Origin: an uncultured Methanosarcinales archaeon
GTDB lineage: Archaea; Nanobdellota; Nanobdellia; Woesearchaeales; CAYNLP01
NCBI GenBank assembly: GCA_964398115.1
Contig: CAYNLP010000004.1
Coordinates: 44,909 to 64,908 of the forward strand
Direction: 5' to 3'
Length of the DNA stretch: 20,000 nt
A program made the translations under genes and the position numbers. This document shows, piece after piece, positions 9,250 through 20,000 of this stretch. Below the pieces are notes generated by a model, which had not been told where the DNA came from, did no database searches, and worked only from the letters and a program-made list of their open reading frames with translations. Position 1 is the first letter of the stretch; every line of letters starts with the position of its first letter.

Positions 9250-9265
9250 AATTTTCTTTTCTTCC
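9250..9265 (+). terminator. Pyrimidine/T-rich putative terminator after the small ORFs
   Basis: TTTTCTTTTCTTCC immediately follows the TAA, resembling an archaeal oligo-U terminator. Confidence 0.45.
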
Positions 9266-9392
9266 ATTATAAATAGCGAAAATCTTTCTTCACAGAAACA
9301 ATTATTTTCTATATTGAAAAGAAATCCGTTCTGCAAAACACTTATAAACTTATTCTCCGTCCAAAAAAATGGGTATATCAGGGAGTAAATAA

Positions 9393-12647
<3,255 letters not shown>

Positions 12648-13103
12648 TTATTCTAGGTAAAGCTCTGCTTTCTTTGGATCGTATTTCCAATCAGCTGGTA
12701 ACTTACCAGTCTGTTTGTAGTGCTTGGCGAGTCTGAGAATCTTACTTTCGGTAAGTTGTAATCCTCGCTTTGCAGAAGTGTCGTTAGGGTGTTCTTCTAA
12801 ATGATTTTCTATCCTAACTCTTTTCTTGATAAGTGCCATTAAATCTTCAGGGATTTCATGATCTAAGTCTTTTTCTTCGAGGATTTCCGTAATTTTTTTA
12901 CCTGTTATTTCTTTGACATCGGGAATTCCGTATTGGTCTCGAAGATGCATTCCTATCTCACTTGGATGCATTCCTTCTTTTGCGTACTTTGCTACTAGCA
13001 TTTCTACTTCGTTGGGTTCGTAACTAACCCAGCTCGGAATTTCTTTCTTGCTTGGCTTGGTACTTCCTGATTGTCCTTTATCTCGACTATGTATTCGTGC
13101 CAT
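12648..13103 (-). CDS. rps15: 30S ribosomal protein uS15 (archaeal S15P/S13e)
   Basis: Motifs MARIHSRDKGQSGSTKP, IGMHLRDQYGIP, IPEDL, KRGLQLTESKILRL, WKY; SD GGAGGT at 13112-13117. Confidence 0.97.
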   Translation of the reverse strand: MARIHSRDKGQSGSTKPSKKEIPSWVSYEPNEVEMLVAKYAKEGMHPSEIGMHLRDQYGIPDVKEITGKKITEILEEKDLDHEIPEDLMALIKKRVRIENHLEEHPNDTSAKRGLQLTESKILRLAKHYKQTGKLPADWKYDPKKAELYLE

Positions 13104-13178
13104 AAATTTTTACCTCCAAATGTGTTTCCGAGAACAAAAGAGTCTCGGTCTAACCCAGTTCTCACCAGGTCATCCTAG
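13104..13178 (-). ncRNA. Candidate structured cis-regulatory 5' leader of rps15
   Basis: Hairpin UGACCUGGU-GAGA-ACUGGGUUA (13151-13172; 9 bp with 3 G.U pairs, GNRA loop) and hairpin CCGAGA-N9-UCUCGG (13128-13148) lie between the TATA box and the SD. Confidence 0.6.
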
Positions 13179-13199
13179 AAATAAGGAATGATTGGTTTG

Positions 13200-13214
13200 T
13201 TTAAAAAAGTTACT
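13200..13214 (-). promoter_or_regulatory. BRE/TATA promoter of rps15
   Basis: AGTAACTTTTTTAAA, 14/15 identical to the element upstream of rps7. Confidence 0.65.
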
Positions 13215-13223
13215 AATTTTAAT

Positions 13224-13496
13224 TTACCACCAGTAGTAGTAACCACTTCGGTAGTATGGTCGGTTGTAACTCCTATAATAACTTCGGTAATGCCTCCTGT
13301 AATTATAGCCATCGTAGAATCCGTGGCCGTACCCTACTCTATAACCTCGGTGGTAATCATATCTGTCATGGTAGCTTCTGTCGTAATCATAATAATCTCT
13401 ATAACTTCTGTCATAGTAGTGGTAAGCGTTGGCACTAGCTACTGACATCAAAGTGACAAGTACTAAGAGTAACATTGTAGTTAATTTCTTCATCAT
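13224..13496 (-). CDS. Small secreted Tyr/Arg-rich low-complexity protein, 90 aa
   Basis: Signal peptide MMKK + hydrophobic core + ASANA; SD GAGGGGGT upstream. The mature 66 aa contain 24 Tyr and 12 Arg. Confidence 0.8.
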   Translation of the reverse strand: MMKKLTTMLLLVLVTLMSVASANAYHYYDRSYRDYYDYDRSYHDRYDYHRGYRVGYGHGFYDGYNYRRHYRSYYRSYNRPYYRSGYYYWW

Positions 13497-13622
13497 CGAA
13501 ACCCCCTCTAATTTGATATTTCACTATCTTACAATGAACACTTATTTTTATGTCTTTCTATTAACCTCTGGTTATAAGGTAAAGCTAAACATTTATATAA
13601 CCAGATTAAATTCCAAACAAGC

Positions 13623-14570
13623 ATGGGAGAAGAACTATACGACATAATAATAGTAGGGGCTGGATGTACAGGCTTCGGAGCCGCGATGTATTGCGGAAGG
13701 TTCGATATGAAAACGCTTGTTCTAGGAGATGAAATCGGAGGTACGATCATAACCACAAACGTGGTAGAAAATTACCCTGGTTTCAAACATTTAACAGGTT
13801 ATGAACTTGCAGAAAAATTGAAAGAACACGCTCTCGATTACGATATAGATTTGAAAGAAGAAAAAGTAACAGAGATAGATAAAAAAGAAAACGGAGCCTT
13901 CAAGGTAGAAAGTAGTGAAGACACGTACAAAGCCAAAACCGTACTCTTCGCAACCGGAACAGAATGGAGAAAGCTAGACGTGCCAGGAGAAGAAAAATAT
14001 TCTAACAACGGCGTTCATTACTGCGCCACCTGCGATGGATTCGCATACAAAGATAAAAAAATCGGCGTTGTAGGAGGAAGTGACAGTGCAGCGAAAGAAG
14101 CACTTCTCCTAACACAATACGGAAAGAAAGTATACATAATATATAGAGGAGATGAAATTCATCCTGAACCCATAAACATGGATCGAGTACAAGACAAGAT
14201 TGAAGATGGAGAGATTGAAATCATCAACCATACTAATGTGACCAAAATCAAAGGTGACGGGGAAGTCATGACCCACGTAATTTTAGATAATGAATATGAG
14301 GGAAGTAAAGAATTTGAACTTGACGGACTGTTCATCGAGATAGGACATATACCATTAACTAAACTAGCGGAAGACCTTGGTGTGGAAACAGATGAAAAAG
14401 GGTATATCAAGATAGACCGTAATTCTGAAACCAACGTTGAGGGAGTATACGCTGCAGGAGATTGTGCAGATACTGACTTTAAACAAGCTATCGTGGGAGT
14501 GGCGGAAGGAACCTTAGCGAGTTATCAAGCATATCAGTATGTGAAGCAGAAAGAAATCAAGCCAATGTAA
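13623..14570 (+). CDS. trxB: Thioredoxin-disulfide reductase
   Basis: Motifs IIIVGAG, VENYPG, FATG, redox CATCDG, VVGGSDSA, GVYAAGD; TATA TTTATATA about 24 nt upstream of the ATG. Confidence 0.92.
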   Translation: MGEELYDIIIVGAGCTGFGAAMYCGRFDMKTLVLGDEIGGTIITTNVVENYPGFKHLTGYELAEKLKEHALDYDIDLKEEKVTEIDKKENGAFKVESSEDTYKAKTVLFATGTEWRKLDVPGEEKYSNNGVHYCATCDGFAYKDKKIGVVGGSDSAAKEALLLTQYGKKVYIIYRGDEIHPEPINMDRVQDKIEDGEIEIINHTNVTKIKGDGEVMTHVILDNEYEGSKEFELDGLFIEIGHIPLTKLAEDLGVETDEKGYIKIDRNSETNVEGVYAAGDCADTDFKQAIVGVAEGTLASYQAYQYVKQKEIKPM

Positions 14571-14572
14571 AT

Positions 14573-15859
14573 TTATGTTGGAGTTATTTTTTCTTGCCCA
14601 CCCATGTAAGGACGCAAAGCCTCGGGGATGGTAACGCTACCGTCTTTGTTCTGATAATTTTCCAGAATACCTACCATCGTCCTTGAAGTGGCGACTGCGG
14701 TGCTGTTTAAAGTATGAATTAAACTATGACCGCCGCTTTCATCTTCGTACTTAATGTTCAACCTTCGGCTTTGATAATCAGTACAGTTACTACAACTAAC
14801 AACTTCATTATATTCTTCTTGTCGAGGACTCCACACTTCTAAATCGTATTTTTTACTTGCTATTTGTCCCAAGTCCCCCGTGCACACATTAACTACTTGG
14901 TACGGTAGTTCCAATTCTTTATGAACTTCCTCCGCGACTTTTATCAATTCTTCATGCCAATCCCAACTGTTTTCTGGCTTGCAAAAAACTGCCATTTCTA
15001 CCTTGTTGAACTGATGAGTTCTAAACAAGCCTTTTTCATCAATGTTGTGCGTACCTACTTCTTTCCTGAAACACATACTATAACTGGAATGTTTGACAGG
15101 GAGTTCCTTCCTCTGCAATACTTCATCTGCGAATTGCGCCATTAGAGGATGCTCACTAGTTGCAATCATGTGCAAGTCTTCATCCTCAATTTTGTAAAGG
15201 ACGTCGTCGAAAGCGTCTAGGTCTGTAACGCCTTCATAATGTTCTCTTCTCATCATTAAAGGCGTTTCAACATACGTGTAACCTTTCTCTTGTACCTTGT
15301 CTAAGGCGAATTGTATAAGTGCTTGGTTCAACCTTGCTAAGTCTCCGTAAAGATAGTAGAAACCATGACCTGCTATTTTTGCACTTCTTTCGAAATCAGC
15401 ACATCCCAGGTCTTCCGCGACTTCCCCGTGAGGTTTCATCCAATCCTTTTTTTCTTTCGGATCTCCCCACTTCCTCACTGTTTGATTATCAGAATCATCT
15501 TCACCGTAGGGAACGCTTTCATGCATCATGTTAGGAATTTTCTTTAAGATTTCGTCGCGTTCATCCTTGACTTCTTCCATCTTTTTCTCTGCTGCTTCTA
15601 ATTCATCGTCTACTTTCTTTGATTTCTTGATAAACTTTTGAGCTTTTTCTTTCTCTCCTTCTTTCATTAACTCGTTTACCTTTTCGCTGTACTTGTTCTT
15701 GTCATGACGCATTTCATCCACTTTTTTCTTTAAGTTTCTCCACTTGTCATCTTTTTCTTTTAGACTGTCGAACAAGTTTAGAAGTCTGTCTTCTTTACGC
15801 CGTTCTAGGTTTTCTCTAACCTTTTCTGGTTTTTTCCTAACTAGTTCTATATTTATCAT
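14573..15859 (-). CDS. serS: Serine--tRNA ligase (type 1, canonical)
   Basis: N-terminal coiled coil; motifs IATSEHPL, CFRKEVG, GLFRTHQFNKVE, KKYDLEVW, EVVSCSNCTDYQSRRL, HTLNST, IPEALRPYMGG. Confidence 0.96.
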   Translation of the reverse strand: MINIELVRKKPEKVRENLERRKEDRLLNLFDSLKEKDDKWRNLKKKVDEMRHDKNKYSEKVNELMKEGEKEKAQKFIKKSKKVDDELEAAEKKMEEVKDERDEILKKIPNMMHESVPYGEDDSDNQTVRKWGDPKEKKDWMKPHGEVAEDLGCADFERSAKIAGHGFYYLYGDLARLNQALIQFALDKVQEKGYTYVETPLMMRREHYEGVTDLDAFDDVLYKIEDEDLHMIATSEHPLMAQFADEVLQRKELPVKHSSYSMCFRKEVGTHNIDEKGLFRTHQFNKVEMAVFCKPENSWDWHEELIKVAEEVHKELELPYQVVNVCTGDLGQIASKKYDLEVWSPRQEEYNEVVSCSNCTDYQSRRLNIKYEDESGGHSLIHTLNSTAVATSRTMVGILENYQNKDGSVTIPEALRPYMGGQEKITPT

Positions 15860-15897
15860 GCCGTGTTTAGAAAGAAGAGTGTTGTTGTATTTAAACT

Positions 15898-17139
15898 TTA
15901 TTCGTCTTCTTGGATTATTCCGTGCCCTATCAACCTAAACCTGGGTCCAATCCTTCGAGAGATTGTTATTCTAGAATTGGGTTCTGCACATACTGGTTTT
16001 TTCAACTTGCATTTGAATTGGTTCTTGCTTATATCTGTTACTACTCCTACTGTCGCGGCCGAGTTAACATTTAGCATTAACGGCTCTCCTTTCTTTATGG
16101 TTTCAACCTCAATATCCTCCTCGGTACCAACGACCTTGTCCAAGAGATGAGTTTCTACTTTCATATTGTACCAAATCTTCGGTAGCTTGTCTGGCTTTCC
16201 AACCATGTTTCCAACTAGTGAATCTGCGCCTACAACTCCAGGGTCTAGTTCCGTCATCACACCTACGCTACCACCAGGTGTGACTTTGTCCACTTGCTGT
16301 TCTCCTTTCATCAAGCCTGTGATTTTAGTTTTGTATGGCTTGGCGACTGTTTGGTTTTGTTCTTCAACCACTCTGCCAGGACGGATTTCAACCTCGTCGC
16401 CAACTTCTAACTTGCCTTGAATCACTGCTCCTCCAAGGATTCCGCCTTGTAGCTCGTTTAGGCGGCTGCCTGGCTTGTTAATATCGAAGCTTCTTGCGAT
16501 GTGCATGATCGGGTCGGCTTCTTCATCTCTTTCCGGCGTAGGGATGTTTTCTTCAATGCTTTCAATTAACGGGCTTATGTTCACGCCGTGTTGTGCACTC
16601 ACTGGTATTATTGGAGCGTCTTCATAATCAGTTCCTTTCAGGAATTCTTGTATTTGTTCGTAGTTCCTTATAGCTCTTTCTTTATCAACTAAGTCAATCT
16701 TGTTCTGAACCACTACTACGTTTTCGATACCGCTGATTTGTAACGCCATTAAGTGTTCTCTAGTTTGTGGTTGTGGACAATTTTCGTTCGCCGCAATTAT
16801 CAATATAGCGCCGTCCATTATGGTTGCGCCTGCGAGCATTGTTGCCATAAGGCTTTCGTGTCCTGGCGCGTCTACAAAGCTTATAGTCCTGACAGGTTCT
16901 GTTTTCCCTCCGCATTCACATTCTTCATGTGGAGTGTATTTATCACATTCCTCGCATTTTCGGAAAGTAGCGTCTGCATAGCCAAGCCTTATAGTAATTC
17001 CTCTTTTTAGCTCTTCAGAATGAGTGTCTGCCCACTTCCCGCTCAATCGTTGTACGAGGGTGGTTTTTCCATGATCGACATGTCCTACAAGTCCAATGTT
17101 AACCTCTGGTGTTCCCACTATTTCTGGTTCATCTGACAT
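15898..17139 (-). CDS. eif2g: Translation initiation factor 2 subunit gamma
   Basis: Motifs VNIGLVGHVDHGKTT, SEELKRGITIRLGYA, Zn-ribbon Cys, DAPGHE, CPQPQTREHL, NKID, RSFDINKPG, RFRLIG. Confidence 0.97.
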   Translation of the reverse strand: MSDEPEIVGTPEVNIGLVGHVDHGKTTLVQRLSGKWADTHSEELKRGITIRLGYADATFRKCEECDKYTPHEECECGGKTEPVRTISFVDAPGHESLMATMLAGATIMDGAILIIAANENCPQPQTREHLMALQISGIENVVVVQNKIDLVDKERAIRNYEQIQEFLKGTDYEDAPIIPVSAQHGVNISPLIESIEENIPTPERDEEADPIMHIARSFDINKPGSRLNELQGGILGGAVIQGKLEVGDEVEIRPGRVVEEQNQTVAKPYKTKITGLMKGEQQVDKVTPGGSVGVMTELDPGVVGADSLVGNMVGKPDKLPKIWYNMKVETHLLDKVVGTEEDIEVETIKKGEPLMLNVNSAATVGVVTDISKNQFKCKLKKPVCAEPNSRITISRRIGPRFRLIGHGIIQEDE

Positions 17140-17159
17140 GTTTAAGTCGAAAGAACAGA

Positions 17160-17201
17160 CAGTTTATAAAAGTTGTTGCCTAGACAGTAACTTATTTAAA
17201 G
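17160..17201. promoter_or_regulatory. Back-to-back TATA promoters for aIF2-gamma (-) and rps7 (+), both probably leaderless
   Basis: TTTATAAA at 17163-17170 is 23 nt from the eif2g ATG; AGTAACTTATTTAAA at 17186-17200 is 21 nt from ATG 17222. No SD before either gene. Confidence 0.65.
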
Positions 17202-17221
17202 GACCGATTTTTCCCAATCAG

Positions 17222-17824
17222 ATGATGCCAGAAATCAAAGCTTTCAATAAATGGGATTGTTCAGACATTCAGGTAGAAGATCCTGGATTGAAAGATTATA
17301 TAAATTTAGAGCCTCGAATCGTGCCAAAGACAGGTGCGAAATACGCAGGTAACAGGTTCCATAAATCCGATACTTTCATAGTTGAAAGATTAATCAATAA
17401 GGTAATGGTTCCTGGTCACAAGAGCAAGAAGCACTTGATAACTTCTGGACATATCACTGGAAAAGCTAGCCACGCTTATCAAATAGTTAAGGATACTTTG
17501 GAAAAGATTGAAAACGAGTTGGATGAAAATCCGATTAAAGTTTTGGTCAAAGCAATTGAAAACAGTGCTCCAAGAGATGAAATAATCACTGTTGAATACG
17601 CTGGTGCTAGATATCCAAAAGCTGTGGAGATGGCTCCGCAGAGAAGAGTTGACTACGCTTTGAGACAGTTTGTCCAAGGTAGCTACCGAACTTGTTTCAG
17701 AAGTAAGACGAGTATTAAAGACGCCTTAGCAAGTGAAATCATAAACGCTTATCGAGCTGATACTGACTCTGTCGCGATTGCCAAGAAAAAAGAATTAGAA
17801 AGACAAGCTGACAGTTCTAGATAA
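17222..17824 (+). CDS. rps7: 30S ribosomal protein uS7 (archaeal type)
   Basis: Motifs FNKWD, DPGLKDYINL, IVERLINKVM, NPIKVLVKAIENSAPRDE, APQRRVD, KKKELERQADSSR. Start at ATG 17222 or 17225. Confidence 0.95.
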   Translation: MMPEIKAFNKWDCSDIQVEDPGLKDYINLEPRIVPKTGAKYAGNRFHKSDTFIVERLINKVMVPGHKSKKHLITSGHITGKASHAYQIVKDTLEKIENELDENPIKVLVKAIENSAPRDEIITVEYAGARYPKAVEMAPQRRVDYALRQFVQGSYRTCFRSKTSIKDALASEIINAYRADTDSVAIAKKKELERQADSSR

Positions 17825-17841
17825 AAAACATTATTTTTTTA
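17822..17841. terminator. Putative bidirectional oligo-T terminator between rps7 and dph2
   Basis: TAAAAAA-CATTAT-TTTTTTA spans both stop codons and gives a U-tract on each strand. Confidence 0.5.
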
Positions 17842-18525
17842 GAATTTTTCTACGATTTCGTCATCAACATCTTCCACGTTTAATATTGGAACTTCTGCTC
17901 TCTTGCTATCATCATATGCTATTCTTTCACAAGCAGTGTTTAGCCAAACGTCAATGAAAGGAAAGTTGTTCAAGCCTTCAAAGTTGATATTGTTCTGCAT
18001 GAAGTAATAGAAGTTTTTATCTTCATACTTTTCTTCTAACGCTTTCGCCCACTTATACTTCAATCCTCTCTGCCCAGTCTTTGTAGTTACCAAAACGCCG
18101 ATGTTGTCTTCCATGAAGAAAGTAGCCCTTGCGGCTTTCACTCTCTTAAGCATTGGTTCTACAACGCTTTTTTCCAGTTCGAAAAAGTCTTCTTCTCTCG
18201 GATTGTAACAATAAACTGGCTTGTCGTTTTTCATAAGCAACGCTTTGGGATGGAAAACTCCGTCACCAACGTATAAGAAAGCTTTTGCTTCCGTGTCGTA
18301 ATGTTCGTTGTCACAACCCAATATTTGTCCAGGATTCCAAGTATGCCTTGTTTCCAACAGTTCTACTTTTTTCCCATCTTCTTCTAGTTGTTCTTTCATA
18401 TCATCTATTTCGGCGATGTGCTGGACTGGTGTGAATAAAGCTAAGTGGTCTGGAGTTTTTTCCATAACTTCTTCAGGGATTTGTATGTTCAAGTGTTGCC
18501 TCGCCGGTATGTGTACAACTCTCAT
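17839..18525 (-). CDS. dph2: Diphthamide biosynthesis Dph1/Dph2-family protein, short form (about 228 aa)
   Basis: Motifs VQH, PGQILGC, LYVGDGVFH, IGVLVTTKTGQ, LNNFPFIDVWLNTACERI, PILN. ATG at 18525 (TTG at 18528 as alternative). Confidence 0.85.
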   Translation of the reverse strand: MRVVHIPARQHLNIQIPEEVMEKTPDHLALFTPVQHIAEIDDMKEQLEEDGKKVELLETRHTWNPGQILGCDNEHYDTEAKAFLYVGDGVFHPKALLMKNDKPVYCYNPREEDFFELEKSVVEPMLKRVKAARATFFMEDNIGVLVTTKTGQRGLKYKWAKALEEKYEDKNFYYFMQNNINFEGLNNFPFIDVWLNTACERIAYDDSKRAEVPILNVEDVDDEIVEKF

Positions 18526-18548
18526 CAAATGTTTGGGAGGAACGAGTA

Positions 18549-18588
18549 TCTTTTAAAGCTTTGCTTGAAGTAAATACATTTATATAAT
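18549..18588. promoter_or_regulatory. Divergent TATA promoters for dph2 (-) and the permease (+)
   Basis: Minus-strand GCAAAGCTTTAAAAG and plus-strand CATTTATATAAT, each about 25 nt from its ATG. Confidence 0.55.
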
Positions 18589-18611
18589 CTTATAAGAGTG
18601 AATGGTTTAGG

Positions 18612-20000
18612 ATGGCTGAACAGAAATTAGAGAGGACACTAGGCTTGCCTGCTCTTTTATTGATAACAGTCAGCACGGTAATGGGAACAGGCATTTTCTT
18701 CCTACCCGCTGTTGGAGCTAGAGAAGCAGGTATTATGTCCCTTATTTCTTGGTCTATCCTTTCATTACTAGCCGTTTACGTTTCTATGTGTTTTGCAGAA
18801 CTAGTTAGTATGTATCCAAAAGCGGGAGGTATTTACGAATTCTGCAAACAAGCATTCGGTCCTTTCCCCAGCTTCATAATAGGGTGGGGGACGTTAATAG
18901 CGGGTAATGTAACCATTGCCATGCTCATAGTTGGCGCTATAAGATATTTAAACCCTGCATTACCGGAGCTTGCTAAGATCGGCGTAAGCATTTTCTTCAT
19001 TATAGCTTTCAACTACGTCGCCTACAAAGGTATGGATTTGTCAGCAGTTATGCTAGTAACTTTTGGCATGATAGCTGTTTCATCCATCGTCGCCATTATA
19101 ATACCACAGTTCTTGAACTTTGATCCTTCTAACTTTGATCCTTTCTTTACGCATTCATGGACTCAAGCGTTCATAGCTACTTTCCTAATTGCAGAAACTT
19201 TCTTCGGTTGGGAAACCATTACTGAACTCGCTGAGGAAACTAAGAATCCTAGAGAAGTCATTCCAAAAGCTTTGATTTGGGGGACTATTATAGTTGCCGT
19301 GTTTGCACTCCTTTATGTCGTTGGTAGCTTAGGCACGGTAGGTTGGGCAGAGTTTGGAAGGATGGAAGCACCCCTTGCAAGCTTGGCCGGAATGTTCTAC
19401 GGTGAAGTGGGAACTACCATATTTACCATGATGGTATACTTAGCTATCATCGGCAGCGTTGCAGGATTTATAGTAGCGACACCTCGACTCATACTTAGCT
19501 TAGCAGAAGACAAATTGTTCATAGAGCAAATGGCAGAGATTCATCCTGAGAACAAGACTCCTTACAAAGCTATCTTTTTCCAAACGATACTCACCAGTAT
19601 TTTGGTTTTCATAGGATCAGGTAGTTATGAAACCCTGCTTTCTATGCTCTTACCTCTCGTCTTAATACTTTACAGTGCTGTGTTGTTAAGCTTGTTAGTT
19701 ATGAGACATACCAAGCCGGAAGTGGAAAGAAAGTATAAAGCTCCTTATGGAGAATGGATGCCTATCGTAGGTATTTTAGCTCAACTTGGACTCATAACAG
19801 TCTGGTTGTTAAACGTGCATGGAGCTTGGCAAATTTTCAAGATAATGCTTAGCTTCTTATTCTTCGGCGTGCCGATATATTTCCTTCTCGTATTTTACTA
19901 CAATCCAGCCGCTATAATAAGAATGACTGATTATCTGTCTAGGTTTAGTTACTGGTTGGAAGATTTAATATTTCCTAAGAAAGTCCGGCAACAAATTTTG
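18612..20000 (+). CDS. APC-family amino acid permease, 3'-truncated by the window edge
   Basis: Manually translated: MAEQKLERTLGL..., TM1 VMGTGIFF, FAELVSMYPKAGGIY, TM6 FFGWE...AEETKNP, TPYKA. The same frame is still open at the window end. Confidence 0.9.
   Translation, partial: MAEQKLERTLGLPALLLITVSTVMGTGIFFLPAVGAREAGIMSLISWSILSLLAVYVSMCFAELVSMYPKAGGIYEFCKQAFGPFPSFIIGWGTLIAGNVTIAMLIVGAIRYLNPALPELAKIGVSIFFIIAFNYVAYKGMDLSAVMLVTFGMIAVSSIVAIIIPQFLNFDPSNFDPFFTHSWTQAFIATFLIAETFFGWETITELAEETKNPREVIPKALIWGTIIVAVFALLYVVGSLGTVGWAEFGRMEAPLASLAGMFYGEVGTTIFTMMVYLAIIGSVAGFIVATPRLILSLAEDKLFIEQMAEIHPENKTPYKAIFFQTILTSILVFIGSGSYETLLSMLLPLVLILYSAVLLSLLVMRHTKPEVERKYKAPYGEWMPIVGILAQLGLITVWLLNVHGAWQIFKIMLSFLFFGVPIYFLLVFYYNPAAIIRMTDYLSRFSYWLEDLIFPKKVRQQIL

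Noticed and set aside
13120..13195. tRNA or C/D-box sRNA in the rps15 upstream region
   Set aside because: No cloverleaf or TTC T-loop; a box C-like GGAUGA is present but there is no matching CUGA box D.
13230..13425. Short recurring repeats (TATAACTTC, TCTGTCAT) as a possible CRISPR array
   Set aside because: Irregular spacing, degenerate, explained by protein-level YRSY/DRSY repeats, and no cas genes nearby.
13188..13445. Hydrophobic Val/Ile-rich 85-aa ORF on the + strand
   Set aside because: It is the reverse complement of Tyr-rich sequence (TAC/TAT giving GTA/ATA). The minus-strand ORF has the SD and signal peptide.
17096..17221. N-terminal extension of uS7 in the ORF track
   Set aside because: It overlaps eif2g and both TATA boxes; uS7 similarity starts at MMPEIK.
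18602..18610. ATG-GTT-TAG mini-uORF before the permease
   Set aside because: It lies upstream of or at the predicted TSS (about 18610) and is probably chance.

Overview
Gene-dense archaeal chromosome segment, most likely from a DPANN (Woesearchaeota-like) organism. This is inferred from archaeal uS15, uS7, aIF2-gamma, Dph2 and Dph6, TATA-box promoters, fragmented operons and bacterial-type GyrB/SerRS. Left to right: a carbohydrate/fermentation cluster (D-2-hydroxyacid dehydrogenase, ppsA, enolase, membrane protein, GH15), dph6, an AbrB-PhoU regulator, two unannotated acidic small ORFs, a stand-alone gyrB, a DHH nuclease plus rps15, a secreted Tyr/Arg-rich peptide, trxB, serS, aIF2-gamma, a solitary rps7, a short Dph2 and a truncated APC permease. 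The most notable observations are: (1) a structured rps15 5' leader with a G.U/G-C motif like the S15 site of 16S rRNA; (2) a sharp, gene-orientation-independent GT/AC strand-skew flip at an AT-rich, dyad-rich intergenic region near 8.8-8.95 kb; (3) a two-gene acidic microprotein operon there; (4) a secreted peptide that is 36% Tyr; (5) a Dph2 lacking one of its three Fe-S ligand domains. No tRNA, rRNA, CRISPR array or mobile element was recognised.
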